64,000 nucleotides of DNA, taken from NCBI RefSeq assembly GCF_009914755.1, contig NC_060934.1; one strand, written 5' to 3'. Made by a program: the position numbers and the translations under genes. Under the pieces are notes generated by a model. The model was given only the letters and a program-made list of their open reading frames with translations. It did no database searches and had not been told where the DNA came from. Every line of letters begins with the position of its first letter. Position 1 is the stretch's first letter. Source of the stretch: the human T2T-CHM13v2.0 reference genome, Homo sapiens. Shown here one piece after another: positions 59,443 through 64,000 of this stretch.

Positions 59443-60061
59443 TCCTAGCTGCAGCGCAGTGACCTCTCCTGTCCTGGCTGCAGGCTCGCTCCTCCTCCTC
59501 GCAGAGCTTCTGTTGACACCAGTCCCAGCTGATTTCCGAATTGCCCAGTGGCCCCAGGATGGACGGTGAGGGTTGACTCAATGCTCTCAGTGCAAACATT
59601 TTAGCTTAGCTAGTTCTCATTGCTTCCACGGCTGATAACTTCAAAAATATGAGGCTCTGCCATTCGCCAGCCTTTCCCGAGGCTGCTGCGGTGGGCCTGC
59701 TGTGGTCTACGACATCCCCCAGCCCGACTGCACTGAGTCTGTGCCTGGCTGAGATTCGGTGCAGCTTTTCCATGAGAATTCCTGAAACAGGAGGGCCTGA
59801 GGAGTGGTGGCCCCCATCGTGGTGACTGATGGCTCCCACATGTCAAGCCCCAGGCCGCCTCCTGGCCCTGCACTCAGTCCTGCACACACACTGGTGTCCT
59901 TGGTCCCCAAAGCTCCTATGGGGTGAGCTCTGCCTGGTCTGCAGCCGTGCGGGAGGGAGAGCCATGACTCCCGTGCCCAGCTCACCCACAGCAGGTGCTC
60001 TGGTACCAGCCTGGCTGCTTGCTCCTCACCTGTCCAGTAAGTGCTGCCCGGGGCAGCCCAA

Positions 60062-60226
60062 TTTTTTTGAGATGGGGTCTCACTATGTTGGTCAGGCTGG
60101 GCGTCAGTGGCTATTCACAGGCACTATCATGGCTCACTGCAGCCTCGAACTCCTGGGCTCAAGTGATCCTCCTGCCTCAGGCTCCTGAGTAACTAGGACT
60201 ACAGGTGTGTGCCCCCATGTCCAGCT
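60062..60226 (-). mobile_element. FAM (fossil Alu monomer)
   Basis: 7SL-like segment CAGTGGCTATTCACAGGC within an Alu-like monomer. Confidence 0.82.
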
Positions 60227-60504
60227 TAGGCCACAGGCACCCCCCTGCATGCCCAGCTTAGACCACAGGCGCCCCCAACGCCCAGCTTAGCCCATTTTAA
60301 TTCCCGCTTGCCATGCACACCCTCCTGGACCCAGCTCCGGCAGGGCCATGTGCATCAGCATCTTCCTCCAGGCGCAGGGCCAGGCTGTGCCACCTTCTCC
60401 TGTCCTCGGGCCTGGGCTGGGCCTGCAGGCCCCTTGCCTCCACCCTCTGTCCTCTCAGCTTCAGAAGGACGGCAGCTTTCCAGGTTTCCACCTCTGGGTT
60501 GAGT

Positions 60505-60612
60505 CACCAGTTCTCAGCCGGGGCCATGTTGCGCCCACTGGCCATGTCTGCAGACATCTCTGGATGTCACAATGGCAGGGGTGCTCCTGTCAGCCAGTGG
60601 CGGATGCTGCCC
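60505..60612. mobile_element. MER20-like DNA transposon fragment
   Basis: GTTCTCAGCCGGGG...TGGCCATGTCTGCAGACAT.T.TGG.TGTCACAA.GG...GGATGCTGC resembles MER20 as recalled. Confidence 0.55.
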
Positions 60613-61243
60613 CCGCCCCACCCTCACCAGCAAAGCATTGTCCACCAAACAGCCCTGGACGAGGGGATATTTGGTCAGGTCCACCCCAACGAGAGGACCA
60701 GGGAGGCAGCCACGCAGCCGAAGGAGGGAGGGGCCCCATTAGGCCATGCTTGTCTGTTTCCCACAATTCAAGAAATGTCGTCGTCTTTTTTCTTTAAATA
60801 CTGCCATTCGCATCTGCTAATCTGAACAAAAAGCGCCGTTAGCTGTCCTGCTCCACAGACATGTTTCTCAAGGTTGAACCCTTAGACCTGACCAAGGTGT
60901 AAAATATTTCCTTAAACGGAGGCAGGGAACATGCAGCTCCGATCCACATGAGGCCCTCAGGGCACTGCTGGCCCATCTGCTGGTCAGCTCTTGGCTGCAG
61001 GCCTGGCTGTGCGTTTGTAGTTGTGACCTCGCCAACCTCACCGCACCCACCACGTGGGCCGTTACTACCCCCACAAGGACCAGGGGACACTGAGGCTTGG
61101 AGAGGCGACCCAGGTGCACATGGCTGGGGGCACGGGGAGGGATGGCTCATGAGCTGGGGGGTGAGCAAGGCTGCCTCGCTCAGGCGTGGGACTGTGCGGC
61201 TGCAGTGTCTGTCCACAGAGCTCCAGAGCTGGGGGCAGGTTCA

Positions 61244-63520
<2,277 letters not shown>

Positions 63521-63529
63521 AAAAGTCAG

Positions 63530-64000
63530 TGAGGCCGACAGCCAAGGCTGGTCTTTGGAGAAACAGCCTGAAATGTCACAGCCACAGGCAGAGAGAGAGC
63601 TGCCAGGCAAAACCAAGCTGCGGCAGCACTGGTGAGTCGGGGGGAGGGAGGGCAGCAGAGAAGCCTTCGTTCTCCAGGTCATCAGCCGGCTGCCAGGGAA
63701 AGTTTCCTCCCCTTTTCAGGCATGAACACGGTGGGCTCCGAGGGAACCTGCATGGGTTGTGGGAGGGGGTGGGGGCTTATCCAAAACACACCCACAGCTG
63801 CACAAACAAGAGAGGCTGCGCTTTGTGCTCCCTAAAGACACACCCGCAGCGGCACAGATAAGGAAGTCACAAGAACAGCGAAAGAGACCAGCGGACTTTC
63901 TTATCAAAGCGTTTGGATTCAACTGTGAAAATGGCAGCCCACTCGGGCCCCCTCTCCGCCACAGAGAGCTTTTTTCTTTCACTTATTAAACTTTCGCTGC
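63530..64000 (+). mobile_element. ERV1/MER4-group LTR (MER41-like), truncated by the window end
   Basis: AGATAAGG; AACTGTGAAAATGGCAG.CC.CTCGGG.CCCCTCTCCGC..CAGAGAGCTTT.TTCTTTCACTTATTAAACTTTCGCT; left boundary uncertain. Confidence 0.6.

Noticed and set aside
58439-59599. 386-aa repetitive ORF and Chi-like GCTGGTGG in some units
   Set aside because: VNTR translation; a Chi octamer has no established function in human DNA.

Overview
This is eukaryotic, GC-rich, Alu/L1/LTR-containing DNA that I recognise as the human (or great-ape) distal 10q26.3 region. The left end holds the complete 3-exon homeobox gene NKX6-2 on the minus strand (277 aa by my splice reconstruction) inside a ~4.3-kb CpG island. 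About 19 kb of intergenic DNA follows, with several minisatellites, a solo LTR12C/ERV9 LTR pointing at NKX6-2, and AT-rich islands dense in homeodomain/Sox/Gli-like motifs. From ~23.6 kb to the window end lies the 3' part of CFAP46 (TTC40; minus strand); I reconstructed 18 frame-consistent coding exons. The main observations are four. (1) A 137-nt cassette exon (25828-25964) switches the reading frame of the last two CFAP46 exons, giving either a compact C-terminus ending [13 protein letters not shown] or a frameshifted tail that runs almost to the poly(A) signal. (2) The exon-included C-terminus aligns motif by motif with the separase/CHAT caspase-fold domain but lacks the catalytic His/Cys. 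(3) There is a 73-nt U12-type (minor spliceosome) intron. (4) A 4.9-kb TG-rich higher-order repeat has expanded inside a nested L1. Almost all long ORFs in the supplied track are GC- or repeat-driven artefacts. Gene names, repeat subfamilies and homologue sequences come from memory and were not checked against databases.
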